Shown here in pieces: positions 26,667-41,900 of a stretch of 64,000 bases of DNA. Below the pieces are notes generated by a model. It ran no database searches and was not told the DNA's origin. It worked only from the letters and a program-made list of their open reading frames with translations. The DNA is from Octopus sinensis (Eukaryota), in contig NC_042999.1 of NCBI RefSeq assembly GCF_006345805.1, positions 134,540,001-134,604,000 of the forward strand, written 5' to 3'. Numbering within the stretch: position 1 is the first letter of the stretch; each line of letters opens with the position of its first letter. Made by a program: the position numbers and the translations under genes.

Positions 26667-28460
26667 TGTATGTCTATATTCAGTTTTATTTCAAGATTTC
26701 TTGCCAATAAAGATCCGAGATTCCGTCTTTGGAATATCAACATCACGTACATTTGCATATGTGCACTATTTGGAGTCAGTGGAGATTAGTATGTTTTGTT
26801 TTATGCATGTATTTTCATGCATATAGTTGTCTGTCTAGAATTGCTTATATATACTTAAATGATAAACTTCTGGAAAATTTTACAAATTTTTACAGTTCCA
26901 GTAATGGCTTGGATCTGCAGTCTTCGAATCAGCTTACTCCTTTCTGGTTTTCAGAAGCCTAATTTCTCAAGGCTGGTACTTAGGCTGTGTGTTACATTTC
27001 CTAGAGCTCCAATAATTACTGGTGTAAACTTGAACTTCTAATCTGGGTAAAGTAACTGTGGATTTCTCAACAGTTCAGTGTAGGTATTCTCTTTTTTTTT
27101 AATCTTTAGTCATGTGTTAACATCCTCTGAGTAGCTGATTTCCACTATGTATGTATGTATGTATGTATGTATGTATGTATGTATGTATGTATGTATGTAT
27201 GTATGTATGTATGTATGTATGTATGTATGTACGTATGTATGTATGTAAGTATATGTATGTATCTATTTGTGTATATGTATGTATTTATACTGTATGTATG
27301 ACCTAGTGTTTAGGAAGTCGGCCTCACAATCATACGGTCGTGGGTTCGATTCATGGACTTAGCAACACGTTCTGTCTAAAGTTATTCGTTTACTCAGTTG
27401 GAAATGGGTTCCAGCTGACAGCTAGTGCACTTGCCTATCCTTTCATCCGTCATTTCCTCGATGTTCCCCTGTGTCAGAGACAAGAGGACGGAGAGGATGT
27501 CCATGCCTGCCCTTTGCGATTACACTGGCTTCCAAAACAACTAGCGGCTAAGCTTTCGTATACATATACACAAGACCAAACGCAGAAAACACACACACTG
27601 TACATAAAAATATACATAGATATAAATATATTTATTAAGTTCGTTATTGCTAACTTTGCATCTGTGAGAAACTGCATAAACAGCTACAGTCTGCTGGCTT
27701 TATCAACATTAATACCGATTTATATAGCATTGTTACCATCAAAGAAACGCTCTGTTAATAAACTTCAAACCATTAGCCGCAAATAACCTGGAAAGACCGC
27801 CTTATCACTAGTTGGCCAATAGGCAATTGCATGTTCATAATAATGAAATTATTTCCTCTAGTCACGACCAGTGCTGACACTCAGCAAATACATCAAATAA
27901 TGAAAGCAAATATACACGTATAATTACATACACACATAAACACGCGCGTCAGCGCATATGAATACACACGTTTATACACTTAGATACGCACACACATACA
28001 CACAGATACACACATATATGTATACATTCATATGTATGTATGTAATTATTCAGTTTTATTTCAAAAGTTCTTGCCAATAGAGAAAGAGACGGTTTCTAAC
28101 CTAGATTCAAGGCTCCTTCATTGGAATATCAACATCAACAACAGGGTATGTATGTATGTATGTATGTATGTATGTATGTATGTATGTATGTATGTATGTA
28201 TGTACGTATGTATGTATGCATGTATGTATGTACGAACGTATGCATGTACGTATATGTGCAGATTTGCATGCTTTGCTTTATGTATGTATTTTCATATATA
28301 TAGTTGCATATCTAGACATGCTCATATGTATTTAAATTATAACATTCTGAAAAGTTTTACAGACTTTTAGTTTCAGTGAGAGATTGGATCTGTAGACTTC
28401 GAATCAGTTTTCTCCTATCTGGTTTTGAGAAGCTTAATTTCTGAAGATTGGTATTTAGGC
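26655..28460 (+). repeat. Two diverged copies of an unclassified repeat (about 26655-26990 and 28045-28460)
   Basis: Both share attcagttttatttcaa...ttcttgccaata, ttggaatatcaacatca and ggatctg.ag.cttcgaatcag...ctggtttt.agaagc.taatttct. Confidence 0.75.
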
Positions 28461-28528
28461 AGTGTATGCATGTATGTATGTATGTATGTATGTATGTATG
28501 TATGTATGTATGTATGTATGTATGTATG

Positions 28529-28609
<81 letters not shown>

Positions 28610-30988
28610 GTGTGTGTATGTGTGTGTGTTTGTGTGTGTGTCTGTGTGTGTGTGTGTGTGTGCATATGTATATAGCTATATTAAATATCTGAGCGAGAGG
28701 TAAACAGTAACAGTACAGAATCGTAAAATATATATTGCCAACTAAATGTGGCGATCCCATAGAGGACGATGTTTACTGTTGCTTTTAGCTCCATGAAGAC
28801 ATCTCCTCCAGCTGGCTTAATGACACACTCTGTCCGATTAGTATTTGCGAGGGGAGGTCATCGCTCCCATCTCCAACCTTACGTGATACACACAGACCCG
28901 GGTTTCTCAATAGTTACACGTCTTCAGTGTGTGATAATGACCAGCTGTTGATAAAAACTCATTCCACTCGCAAAATACTATATGTTTTTTTCCAGCGAAA
29001 AACTCGCTGATCTCGAAAAGGAGAAATAAACTATATTAAATCTCTGAACGAGAGGTAAACAGTAACAGTACGGAATCGTTATGGATAGAGAGACAGACAG
29101 GCAGACAGACACACAGACCGACACACAGACACACAGACAGACACATATATGCATACATACATACATGCATGCATACATACATACATACATACATACATAC
29201 ATACATACATACATACATACATACATACATACCTATTATCGCTTATTTGTTTCAGTCATTGGACTGCTGTCATGCTGGGGCATTTTCTTTGCGAATTACA
29301 AAGGCAGAGACAAAAAACAAATAGACGGGGCGTGTTCATAATCAAACTTATTTACCGGATTCTCAGAGAAAAAGAGTTAATCAAGTTAATCATTGCAACG
29401 TTTCGGACATTGTTCCTTCTATGGAATAGTCTATAGACTGGAAAGTGAGAGAGAAAGAAGAGGAAAGACGAAGAAAAAACTGAAAATAGAAAATGGAAAT
29501 AAAGAAATCTTAAAAAGTACAATCCTGCCATAAAGACTTTCGTAGAACTGGTTTACATGCTGCTTGTTAACTGTTCGAAAGCTGGATGATGGGCTAAATG
29601 GGGGTATGAAAGGGATTGTAATGGGGAATTGTGTGATTGTGTGCGTGTTAGCATGTGTGCATATGTGTGTGTTTATGTGTGTTCGTATTTGTGTCTGTGA
29701 AAGATGTGGAATAATTCTTTGTTGTTCTCGACGTATCGTGCGTTTGTGTGTTTGCGTGACTGTTTGCGTGTATATTTGTACCTGACTGTACAGACCGGTG
29801 AATGGAGGTCGAAAGGAGCGTGAGTTTGGAGAGGAAAATAAAACGCTACACTCTGCGAAATATGGTGTTCACAAATACTGTGGGTAAGGCCAAATCAAGT
29901 TATAACAAAAAGTTAGTGAAATATTTAAAATGTTTACAGTTGGATAGATAGACAAATATAACAAAATAATTTGATAAAAAAGGTGAATTTTTTATTATTT
30001 TCTGAGATTTTACAAAAATAACAAAATTACGGTAAGTTGTCGTGAAGGAATCATCTAAATTATGACCAGTTTAACCAATATACAAAGCATTACAGAGGGA
30101 GTATTTTAGGTGAAAAGATGATCTTGTTAGATGTGCAGGTGAAAGAATCAGAATTATGGTAGGTGGAACCCATGGAGGTGTTCCAATAAGGTGTTTTAAC
30201 AGAACTGAAAACAAGGGGAGGATCCAAAAAGGCAGGAGGGAAGGAGTTGAAGGAACTACAAACGAGTAAGTCGTAAAGTCTATGGAATTATGAGAGGGGT
30301 GGATTTGGGGCAACAGAAGAGAGACTGCTTGAACTAGATGAGGCGGATCAAATTTTCCAGAGACACCAGCCTAATTTGGAAATAATTATCACCGAAGAAC
30401 TTGTTGGTATATCTATTTTGTATGATACACATACAGAAATTTTCATTTTATTAAAAAGAAACATTCATTTAACACATTCCAGAAAAGAAAAAATGGAATA
30501 GTTCTCAAATGTATCTTTTTTTTTCTCTTTGGGCATAATTGCAATGTATATCATCGAAACGTATGAGAAAGCAAAGTCGAAGCGTGTGACTTATCTAAAA
30601 TTCCTCTCACCCACTTCTGAAAAACATTTTACCACATATTTCGCTATTGTTGTAATCTACTCCATCTGAAACGAGTTTGTAGAAAATTTCATTAAAAAAA
30701 TATCCATTTTTAAAAAAATTATGAGGAAACAAGGTGATAGGAGGGGCATTCTTATGTAGTTATGTCAGTACCACTATATCCAGTATACGATGATAGCAGA
30801 ACCCCATATTACACAATTGTCTATAATCGGAATAGAAAATGTTCAGCGTATATATTTCCTAGTTTGGAGCTAATAGTTTTTTTTTTGTAAAGGTGGACTT
30901 GTTCGCCGCAGTTTTCCATACCAATAATTTTTATTTCTTTTTATAGAATTCAGTCAGTTCTCTCGGTTACAAATAATACCACCTACAG

Positions 30989-31327
30989 CAGTGGTTCTCA
31001 GTCAGGTCCATATGACTCCTGGGAGTTCGTGCAAGATTTCTGGGAGTCCACGCTAGCAAAATACTAAGTTGAGAATTTCACAGTAGTATTTTAAGGGTCC
31101 ATGAAAAAGTTTGATTTTGATGTGTTTATTGCAAGAAACAGTTATGTTTCTTTCTTTAACATTTTACATAGTTCAACCTACACATGGTAATTTGTGAAAG
31201 ACAAAATACGACTGTGAAAGAAGCGTTTATAAAGTTAGTTTTTAAACAATGAACGGCTATGGGGGTCCACCGGAATAGAATTGTCATGAAAGGGGTCTAT
31301 AGGTAAAAAAATAGTTGAAACCCACTG
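30989..31327. mobile_element. hAT (Charlie-like) MITE
   Basis: Termini cagtggttctca / ttgaaacccactg. Flanking 8-mers are acctacag and gtctacat (a diverged TSD). Confidence 0.65.
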
Positions 31328-32600
31328 GTCTACATTAAGTAGGAAATCATTTACATTGAGTCAACAATATCCTTTCTTGCTGTATTTATTTTCTCTGGTT
31401 TCTTTTATGTGTCATATGAACCTTATTGTACACAAATCTTTTTATAAACCGCTTATCTATATATATGCAGTTTTATTTTTGTTGTTGCTTTTCATTTATT
31501 GTTGTGCTTAGGAATGACATATAGCCTGTGGGTCTTTTACTGATCAGAACATAAAGGAACGAGTGATGCAGTTAATGTGACATTTGACAAGATAGAAGTG
31601 GTAGTGTATTACAAGGAACACATTAGGAAAGAATGTGTAGCATTTTGCTATTATTGTTATTGTACATGTTATCACCTTAGGTTATGGCCAGATCAAGAGT
31701 ATAGTTTGTTCGTCCAAAGACTAGACGTTTCTAGTGCTCCGGCTATATCAATCATTCTCCGTCATCACTCCTACCCGCCTCGCACCACTATTTGTCGACC
31801 ATATTGCATACTTTCAACATGCACTGGTTTATCCTGGTGTGACTGATCGCCATCATCACCAACATCATCATCATCAACAACATCATCGTCACTGTCATTT
31901 TCCTCCTCTTCTTAATCTTCCTCTTCTTTTTCTTCCTCCAACTCACCATCATCATCATCATCACCGTCACATTCAGCACCACCATCATTATCGCCAAAAC
32001 CATCACCACCACCGCCATCAGCAGCAGTAGCACCACCACCACCATCATCACCATCATCATTATCATCATCACTATCATCGACGAGCCAGCGAGAGAACTA
32101 CTTCGCAATCACTTGGCTTAGAAAATCTTCTTCAAACCATTCTCTGCAGTCTTAAAAAAGAATGAAGGAGACATTAATCAGAGAAGTAATAGATATAGAA
32201 TCTCTGAATGAAAGATAAAATTGCCAGACCAGGAATGACTTTGATCACAAATCTGTGGGATTAGAGATTACTTTGGGCTGAGCTACATCATTACCACCAT
32301 ATATATATATATGGGGGTGTATGTTTGTGTGTCTGTGTTTGTCCTCCCCTTCCCAACATTGCTTGACAACCGATGCTGGCGTGTTTACGTCCCCGTCACT
32401 TAACGATTCGGCAAGAGAGACCGATAGAATAATTACTAGGCTTACAAAGAATAAGTCCTGGGGTCGATTTGCTCGACTAGAGGAGGTGCTCCAGCATGGC
32501 CGCAGTCAAATGACTGAAACAAATAAAAGAAAAGAAAGAAAAGATAACACCGCAACGCTACGTTTTCACTCTAGCGATTGCACACACAAACAAACACTCT

Positions 32601-32651
<51 letters not shown>

Positions 32652-32675
32652 GTGTATGATATATATATATGTGTA

Positions 32676-34219
<1,544 letters not shown>

Positions 34220-34429
34220 GTGACTGTCAAAATGAGCATGACTATCACTTTCCTTGATGCTAAAGAAAACGGCTGTCAGTAATACCTGTGCTGAAATTTA
34301 AAGTCCAATAACAGCTTGCACAACATTGCTAAGCCTCACCTTTCAAAGTCGAGTGATCCGAAAACAAGCAATAACAAGATCTCCAGCTTCGCAACAAGGC
34401 GAGTATTATTTCGAACTTTTCTTCTAGAG

Positions 34430-34722
34430 CAGGGCTGGCCGCGGGTCGCGTGAGGCCCACTTGATGCTTTCTTGAAATGGGTTTATTTAAACAAACATTT
34501 TTTTAAATTGTATCAAAAATTAAAAACTGTAATGAAAAGTAAAAAAGAAAGATACTACTGTTTTTGCAACGATATTATTTCATGTTGAATCAATGATCAT
34601 TCATTATTGTAATACTAGCATGAGAAAGCAAAATGCTTTCAATTCTGTAGTATACAAGCGGCCCTCAAAAACCTTTCTGTGATTAAAGTGGCCTGCAATG
34701 TAATTCAAGTTGGCCAAGCCTG
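34430..34722. mobile_element. hAT MITE with a perfect 8-bp TSD
   Basis: TIRs cagggctggcc / ggccaagcctg. TSD ttctagag at 34422-34429 and 34723-34730. Confidence 0.88.
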
Positions 34723-35777
34723 TTCTAGAGCGTTACCTAAATAAGTACTAGAGGTTTCTCACTCTCATGTGTTGGATGGTCTTTGAGTTCATCGACTTTT
34801 GACAGGATTTAAAAAATATTTTTTGTCCTGCAGGGTATTCACAGAAAACCCTCCTACTTACTAAACAGGCTTGGTAGGGTTGCCGGTTTAGCCGCCGATG
34901 GCCCGACTATCAGATGGGTTGTACTAGTTTCATGTTACCAGTAGCTCTAAGAGTCATATACATACATACATACATACATACATACATACATACATACATA
35001 CATACATACATACACACATACATACATACACATATATGCATGCAAATATGTATGTATGTTCAACCGTCTTCTTTCAGTTTCTGTCAATCAAATCAACAAA
35101 GCATTCGTTAGTCCGGAGCTATGGCAGAGGACACTAGCCCAATGTTCCCCTCTGTTGCACAAAACCCCAAACCACATAGTTGGGAAGCGATGGCCATGAA
35201 TATGTTCCAAGTATTTACTCTGCCTGCTGCTAGAGTATTTTTATGGTATATAAGAAAAGTATAGGGAAACATGTTTACCTGATGATTGTTCGTACAATCT
35301 GAGATCCAGCTTGCACGAAAACGTCATAATTTATTCTATATATTTCCACATAGAGCAGTGGTCCTTGTATTGACAAATTACTCCGTTAAGCAAAAGGAAT
35401 ATCATCAAAAGTGTGTGTCTTCTATCATCTCTTTAATAATAGAGTTTGCATTCCTGTGATACTTATTTCTTCGGCATAAAGTTGGACCAGTTTACAAATT
35501 TAAAATTACCTTAGTTTTATTCAAAATGGCAGTTTTGTAAGCCTCTATCACTTCGTCACCAACTTTTTCTGGTGATGAAATGAGACCATTAGGCATGGCT
35601 GTTTGGACACCATCGATTTGGCACGACTGACTGGATATTCAGCCTGTTTTGGCAGTGGAGACAAACGCACGCGCGCATACCCGCGGAGATATACGCATAC
35701 AAATACCAAGGATGAGAGAGAGAGATAGACAGACAGACAAAGATAAAGAGAGACAGAAAGACAGAAGGAGAAAGAGG

Positions 35778-35831
<54 letters not shown>

Positions 35832-36557
35832 GGAAAGAACAAGAGAAGCATTGAAACGTCTGATCTCAAATAAGTCAGCGTCGAATCAGCGACGCCGAAC
35901 ATACGACACCAAAACAGCTTTGCCAAAACGGCTTAGTCAAACCGTCTAATACTCATTTGAAAACCATCTTAACATCAGTGTAAATCCTTCGACAAAGCCA
36001 TCTGTTGAGGCCTATATTTACGTATTGATAGCTACAGCATTAGCATTAACATTAGCATTAGGCTTCTAACCGCCAGTTTGCCCATACTTTAAGACAGCAC
36101 CGTTGCCTTCCTAACCCTCTGAAAAACAATAAAATAGAAGTCTCAGATGACTCAAAAATGTGTTAGAACTTAAGTAGAGTTTGAACGTTTTTATAGGTGT
36201 CTAAGGTGGTTGTATTGTTGCTGTCTCGAATGAGCTGTATAGTGGTTTTCCCTCTTGGCTGGCGAGGGAAGTCTCCGGTGTCTTCGTGGCGCGTATTGAA
36301 TGGTTATAAAAATACATCGGTTTCTTTCGATGCAGAAAGTGACATGTTACACGTTCAAGTATAATATATACATGCTGTCAACTGAGTAGTATTACATACT
36401 AGCTGTCAACATTTCAGTACAATGTATACATTGTCAACACCTCACTACCGTACACATTCAACAATTGAATGAAACAATGAAACAATGAAACCAACTCGAA
36501 TAACTGAAAGACTTTAGTTAAAACACACACACACACACACACACACACAAATACATT

Positions 36558-36600
<43 letters not shown>

Positions 36601-36602
36601 AT

Positions 36603-36671
<69 letters not shown>

Positions 36672-36677
36672 TTATAA

Positions 36678-36857
36678 AGGGCGGCGGCAAGCTGGCAGAA
36701 ACGTTAGCACGCCGGGCGAAATGCGTAGCCGTATTTCGTCTGCCGTTACGTCGATAAATTAAGTACCAGTTACGCACTGGCGTCGATGCAATCGACTTAA
36801 TTCCTTTGTCTGTCCTTGTTTGTCCCCTCTATGTTTAGCCTCTTGTGGGCAATAAAG

Positions 36858-36860
<3 letters not shown>
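36678..36860 (+). mobile_element. SINE family B, internally deleted
   Basis: ggcggcaagctggcagaaacgttagcacgccgggcgaaatg ... ttgtgggcaataaagaaata. Confidence 0.85.
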
Positions 36861-36907
<47 letters not shown>

Positions 36908-37004
36908 CTATATATACATAGGCGTATATAGAAGCCTCCTTCCCACACTCCTATATATACATAGTGTATATAGAAGCTTCCTTCCCAACCCCATGTTTCA
37001 GGGT

Positions 37005-37430
37005 TTCAGGGTTCAGTCTCACTGCGTGTCACCTTGTGCAAGTGATTTCTACTATAGCCTCGGGTCGACCAAAGTGGATGTGGTAGACGGAAACTGAAAG
37101 AAGCCCGCCCGTCGTATATATGTATATATGTGTGTGTGTGTGTGTGTATATATATGTCTGTCTGTCTGTCTGTCTGTATGTATGTATGTATGTATGTATG
37201 TATGCATATATGTATATGTGTATGTATGTATGTGTGTGTGCATTTGTCCCCTCCCCCATATCACTTGACAACCGATGCTGGTGTGTTTATGTCCCGGTAA
37301 TTTAACGTTTCAGCAAAGAGACCTATAGAATATGCAAGTACTAGTCTTACAAAGAATAAGTCCTGGGTAGATTTGCTCGGTGCTCCAGCATGGCCGCAGT
37401 CAAATGATTGAAACAAGTAAAAGAATAAAA
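37005..37430 (+). mobile_element. SINE family A
   Basis: Core gcaagtgatttctactatagcctcgggtcgacc, internal microsatellite, tail gtgctccagcatggccgcagtcaaatgattgaaacaagtaaaaga. Confidence 0.85.
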
Positions 37431-38245
37431 GAATATATATATATATATAGACATGTAAATATGTATGAGTGTATGAATGCATGTATGTATATGAAACAAA
37501 AAAAAAACTTGTAACTAAACGACTTACATACTAATTTGCCTGCTTTCTGAACTGTGAAACATGTATGTATCATGTAGTAATTGCTCTAATAAAACCTGTG
37601 TGTTTATATAAGAAGCCTTGTATGTACGTACATAGGTATGTAGTGGAAATTAATGCATAGCTTACATACGTCGAAAGAGAGAGAGAGAGATAAAGGACAA
37701 GGGGGGATGTTGGTGGTGGTGGTGGAGTTATGTTGTCGACTTCAATGTAGTCAGGCACCCCGCGTGGACTGTATTTGTGGTGTTAAGGAGTTAGGGACAT
37801 ATTAACTGACAGCATAGCTATTATCTCTATTCAACAACTAAACAGTAAAAGATAATAGAGTCGAGTATAAAAACAGAACGAACAGAAAACAAACATATTA
37901 AGCATGATAAAACATGGCTAGGACTTTCTACATTGTAGCAATATCAATATTTATAGAATTCAACTAGTTCATTTGCCAATTTATCATATATATATATATA
38001 TAATAAATTGGTATTATTTTTGTTATTTTTTACTTGCCCTGTCCGTGTGAGCTAACAGTCGTACTGGCTTTCATGGGAAACATGTATCTTCGTGGTTGAA
38101 ACCTTTTGGATTAACTGGTGCTAGAGTGAGCAATATATTGACCACTCTCTTATATTTGTTATATATATATATATATATTATATATATATATATATATATA
38201 AATATAATAGATTGGTATGTGTATATATATATATATATATATATT

Positions 38246-38316
<71 letters not shown>

Positions 38317-38526
38317 GTGTGTGTGTGTGTGTGTGTTATGCAATTGTACTCTTTTTTCATTGAAGGAAACATTTCGTTTCCGGTTTGTAAACACACGATG
38401 TGAACTTTCACAATGAAAAGTTAAACAAAAGCGTCTATGAATTTAATAAACGTGGGTTATCCGAAGGGGGAAGTTAAGTCTCGCCTGGAAATTCAGTATT
38501 AAAAAAAATAGAATAAAATAAAAAAA

Positions 38527-39349
38527 GAGAGAGAGAAGGGAAAAAGAGAAAATAAAATAAAAGCAGACGTTGAAAGTAAATTTGTGTTTTTGGTAATAAT
38601 ACAATTGTCGTTTGAATGGATAGAAGGGTCACTTGGAACAGTGTCTAAAACATCTGTGCTTATGTACGAGTGTGTTTGTGCATTAAGTATGCATGCGTTT
38701 GTATATGTGTGTGAGTATATATACTATTTATTATCATATATCTGTTACTTGTTTCAGTCATTGGAGTGCGGCCAGGCTGGGGCACTGCCTTGCAGAATTT
38801 TTAGTCGAATGAATCGACCCCAAGTACTTATTTATATTTTAAAGCCTGGTGCTTATTCTGTCGGTCTTTTTTGCCGAACCGGTAAGTTACAGGGCCGTAA
38901 ACACACCAACACCGGACACACACACATATGTGCGAGAGAGAGAGAGAGAGAGAGAAGGGAAAAAGAGAAAATAAAATAAAAGCAGACGTTGAAAGTAAAT
39001 TTGTGTTTTTGGTAATAATACAATTGTCGTTTGAATGGATAGAAGGGTCACTTGGAACAGTGTCTAAAACATCTGTGCTTATGTACGAGTGTGTTTGTGC
39101 ATTAAGTATGCATGCGTTTGTATATGTGTGTGAGTATATATACTATTTATTATCATATATCTGTTACTTGTTTCAGTCATTGGAGTGCGGCCAGGCTGGG
39201 GCACTGCCTTGCAGAATTTTTAGTCGAATGAATCGACCCCAAGTACTTATTTATATTTTAAAGCCTGGTGCTTATTCTGTCGGTCTTTTTTGCCGAACCG
39301 GTAAGTTACAGGGCTGTAAACACACCAACACCGGACACACACACATATG

Positions 39350-39365
<16 letters not shown>
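38527..39365. repeat. Two-copy tandem duplication (419 bp) bounded by (GA)n, including a SINE A tail
   Basis: aagcagacgttgaaag occurs at 38561 and 38980. The copies differ by about one substitution. Confidence 0.93.
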
Positions 39366-39385
<20 letters not shown>

Positions 39386-40272
39386 TGTGTGTGTGTGAGT
39401 ATGCATGTATATACGACGGACTTCATTCAGTTTCTGTCTACCAAATCCACTCACAAGGCTTTTAATCCAATCGTGGTTATAGTAGAAGGCACTTGCCCAA
39501 GGTGCCACGCAGTGGGACTGAACCTGAGACCATGTGGTTAGGAAGCAAACATCTTACCACACAACCACGCTTGCCCCTTATATCCTTATATACATTATAT
39601 TATATATAATGTGTCTGTATGTATGTGAGTGTGTGTGTGGTGTGTATATATATATATATTATATATATATTTGCATACATACACACACACACACACAACG
39701 GGTTTCTTTTAGTCTACCAAATCCACTCACAAGGCTTTGGTCGGCCCGAGGCTATAGTAGAAGACACTTGCCCAGGCTGCCACGCAGTGGAATTGAACCT
39801 GGATGCTACTACGGCTACTACAGCAGCAGGGTCGACAGTACCGATAGTAGCAGCAGAGACACGAAGAGAACCAGCGGCTACATCATCGCCTGTAATAACA
39901 ATAATAACAACACCAACGACAGTAATGGCAGTATCGGAAATAGCATCAATGACAGCGCCTCCATCAACGACGATGACCATTACAACAACAGTGCTATTAC
40001 CAACGCCAGTAGTAACGGCACCAGCATCATCGCCACCTCCAATGACACCAACACCAACAGCGCCAGTACCAACAACACCGGTAACCTCAACGCCCATACC
40101 AACAGATACAGCACCACCAACATCCAAGCACGGATGGTATATTTAGCAAAAATAGCTCTGAAACTCAGTCTTTAACTTGGGAGGCACACATAGTACCTTT
40201 GAGGGTCACATATGACTCACAAGTTGCGGTTTAGTAGTGATAGTGTTATTGATATTGGTATATTATCAGTCA

Positions 40273-40499
40273 AGGCGGCGAACTGGCAGAATCGTTAGCA
40301 CGCCGGGCGAAATGAGTAGCCGTATTTCGTCTGCCGCTACGTTCTGAGTTCAAATTCCGCTGAGGTCGACTTTGCCTTTCATCCTTTCGGGGTCGATAAA
40401 TTAAGTACCAGTTACACACTGGGGTCGATGTAATTATCTTAATCCCTTTGTCTGTCCTTGTTTGTCCCCTCTGAGCCCCTTGTGGGTAGTAAAGAAATA
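40273..40499 (+). mobile_element. SINE family B, near full length, with a 16-bp TSD
   Basis: ggtatattatcagtca at 40257-40272 and 40500-40515. tRNA-like head with a B-box-like gagttcaaattcc. Further copies are at about 41900-42110 (-), 48562-48760, 51895-52110, 52533-52728, 61953-62160 and 62196-62370. Confidence 0.92.
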
Positions 40500-40699
40500 G
40501 GTATATTATCAGTCATTATTTGATATATCCAGTATTTAATTAAAAGACTAAATCAACTCACTGCTCCATTGAGATTTGAACTAGAAAGTAGATGGACAAA
40601 TCTGAATACTTTAAGGTGCCCCTGGGTAGTAGGGGGCCATGATGATTGAGATAAAATTGCCATGTTTACTAAAATTAGATAGATTTTAAACTTTTTTAA

Positions 40700-41900
40700 T
40701 ACAGCCAAATTGGCACATAATGGGAAAATACTCTGAAGGTAAGGCACCTCTGAAACGGGAATACAAACGGAATAAATCAAGTTTCGCGTAAATCGAACCA
40801 CGGATTCCCGAGAGTACTGCAACTATAGCTGCAAAGAAGGTAAAATCACTAGCAAAGCAAAATGCGTTTGGACAATTGGCTGATAAGTGGAAATAAAAAC
40901 CTCTGCATTGCAAATATGTGATCCGTAGCAAACAAGCTGACGTAGACCAGAAGCACACGCATCAGTGGCTACGGAACTCAGGTAGGGAGTGAAGGCTTTA
41001 TCTTGGCTGCTCAAGATCAGAGCTTTTGACCCAGAACTATCAAGCCAATGTGATGGAAAATAGATTAGACCCAAGGTGCTGAAACTGCAACGATGGGATT
41101 GAAACAATGCACCACCTAATGTCTGAGTGTAAGGTTTTAGCACTTGTAGAGTACAAATCAAGACATGGCAGATTTGGCCAATATCTACACTGGATAATGT
41201 GTCGCCATTATAAAATCAAAACTACTGACAAATCGTACAAACACCACACTGAAGCTGTAAGAGAGAGAGAGAGAAAATGTAACTATTCTTTGGGACATCC
41301 CAGTATGTACAGACCGGACCATCTGAGCAAATAAACCAGATATTGTTGCAAAAGACCAAAACGATAAAGTCTCTTTATTGATTGACATGAGCTTACCCTG
41401 TGACCATAATATCTCGGCAAAAGAATTTGATAAGCTCAGAAAATATAAAGATTGAAATCGAGAAGATGTAGCATCTCAAGACGATTCAAATTCCAGTGAT
41501 TGTAGAAGCACTTGGAATGATAAAAAAAGAACTAAAAATTATTTAAGAATGATCCCTTACCATCCATGAAGGAAGTGCAAAAGATTGTCTTAACTGGTAC
41601 GTCACACGTACTGAGAAGGGAGAGCATTGTCACTGTGAATTTTCTTTCCTTTTTTCCCCCTTTATTTTCTTTGTTTACTTTTTTCAATTTTTAATTTTTT
41701 CCCTTTTTCTCTGTCTTTTTTCCCATTTTGCCTATCCCATGGCTTTGTAAATGAACAATCTGGTGTGTTTATTTTAAAAGCCTACCAATGTATACAGTGC
41801 GTTTCTCTGCCCTAGGTGTCAGGAACACACTCGGCAAGAAATAGAAACAGAATTGAAAGATGACAATGAAAATAATAATAATAGTAATAATAATGATAAT
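40700..41900 (+). mobile_element. R4/Dong-like LINE 3' end (restriction-like endonuclease), decayed, with an (AAT)n tail
   Basis: KPLHCKYVIRSKQADVDQKHTHQWLRNSG, EGFILAAQDQS, ETMHHLMSEC (CCHC region), RHGRFGQYLHW, NKPDIVAKD (PD motif), IPVIVEALG. Confidence 0.88.

Noticed and set aside
29392-29428. Minus-strand GGA...UCC-GAAA-CG-UU hammerhead half
   Set aside because: The CUGANGA box is missing (AUAGAAG), so it is too degenerate to call.
39619-40175. Thr/Pro-rich mucin-like ORF (175 aa) with overlapping long ORFs
   Set aside because: The ORF starts inside a microsatellite and a SINE fragment, and several frames on both strands are open, as expected of a cryptic (ACC/AAC/AGC)n repeat. There is no splice evidence.
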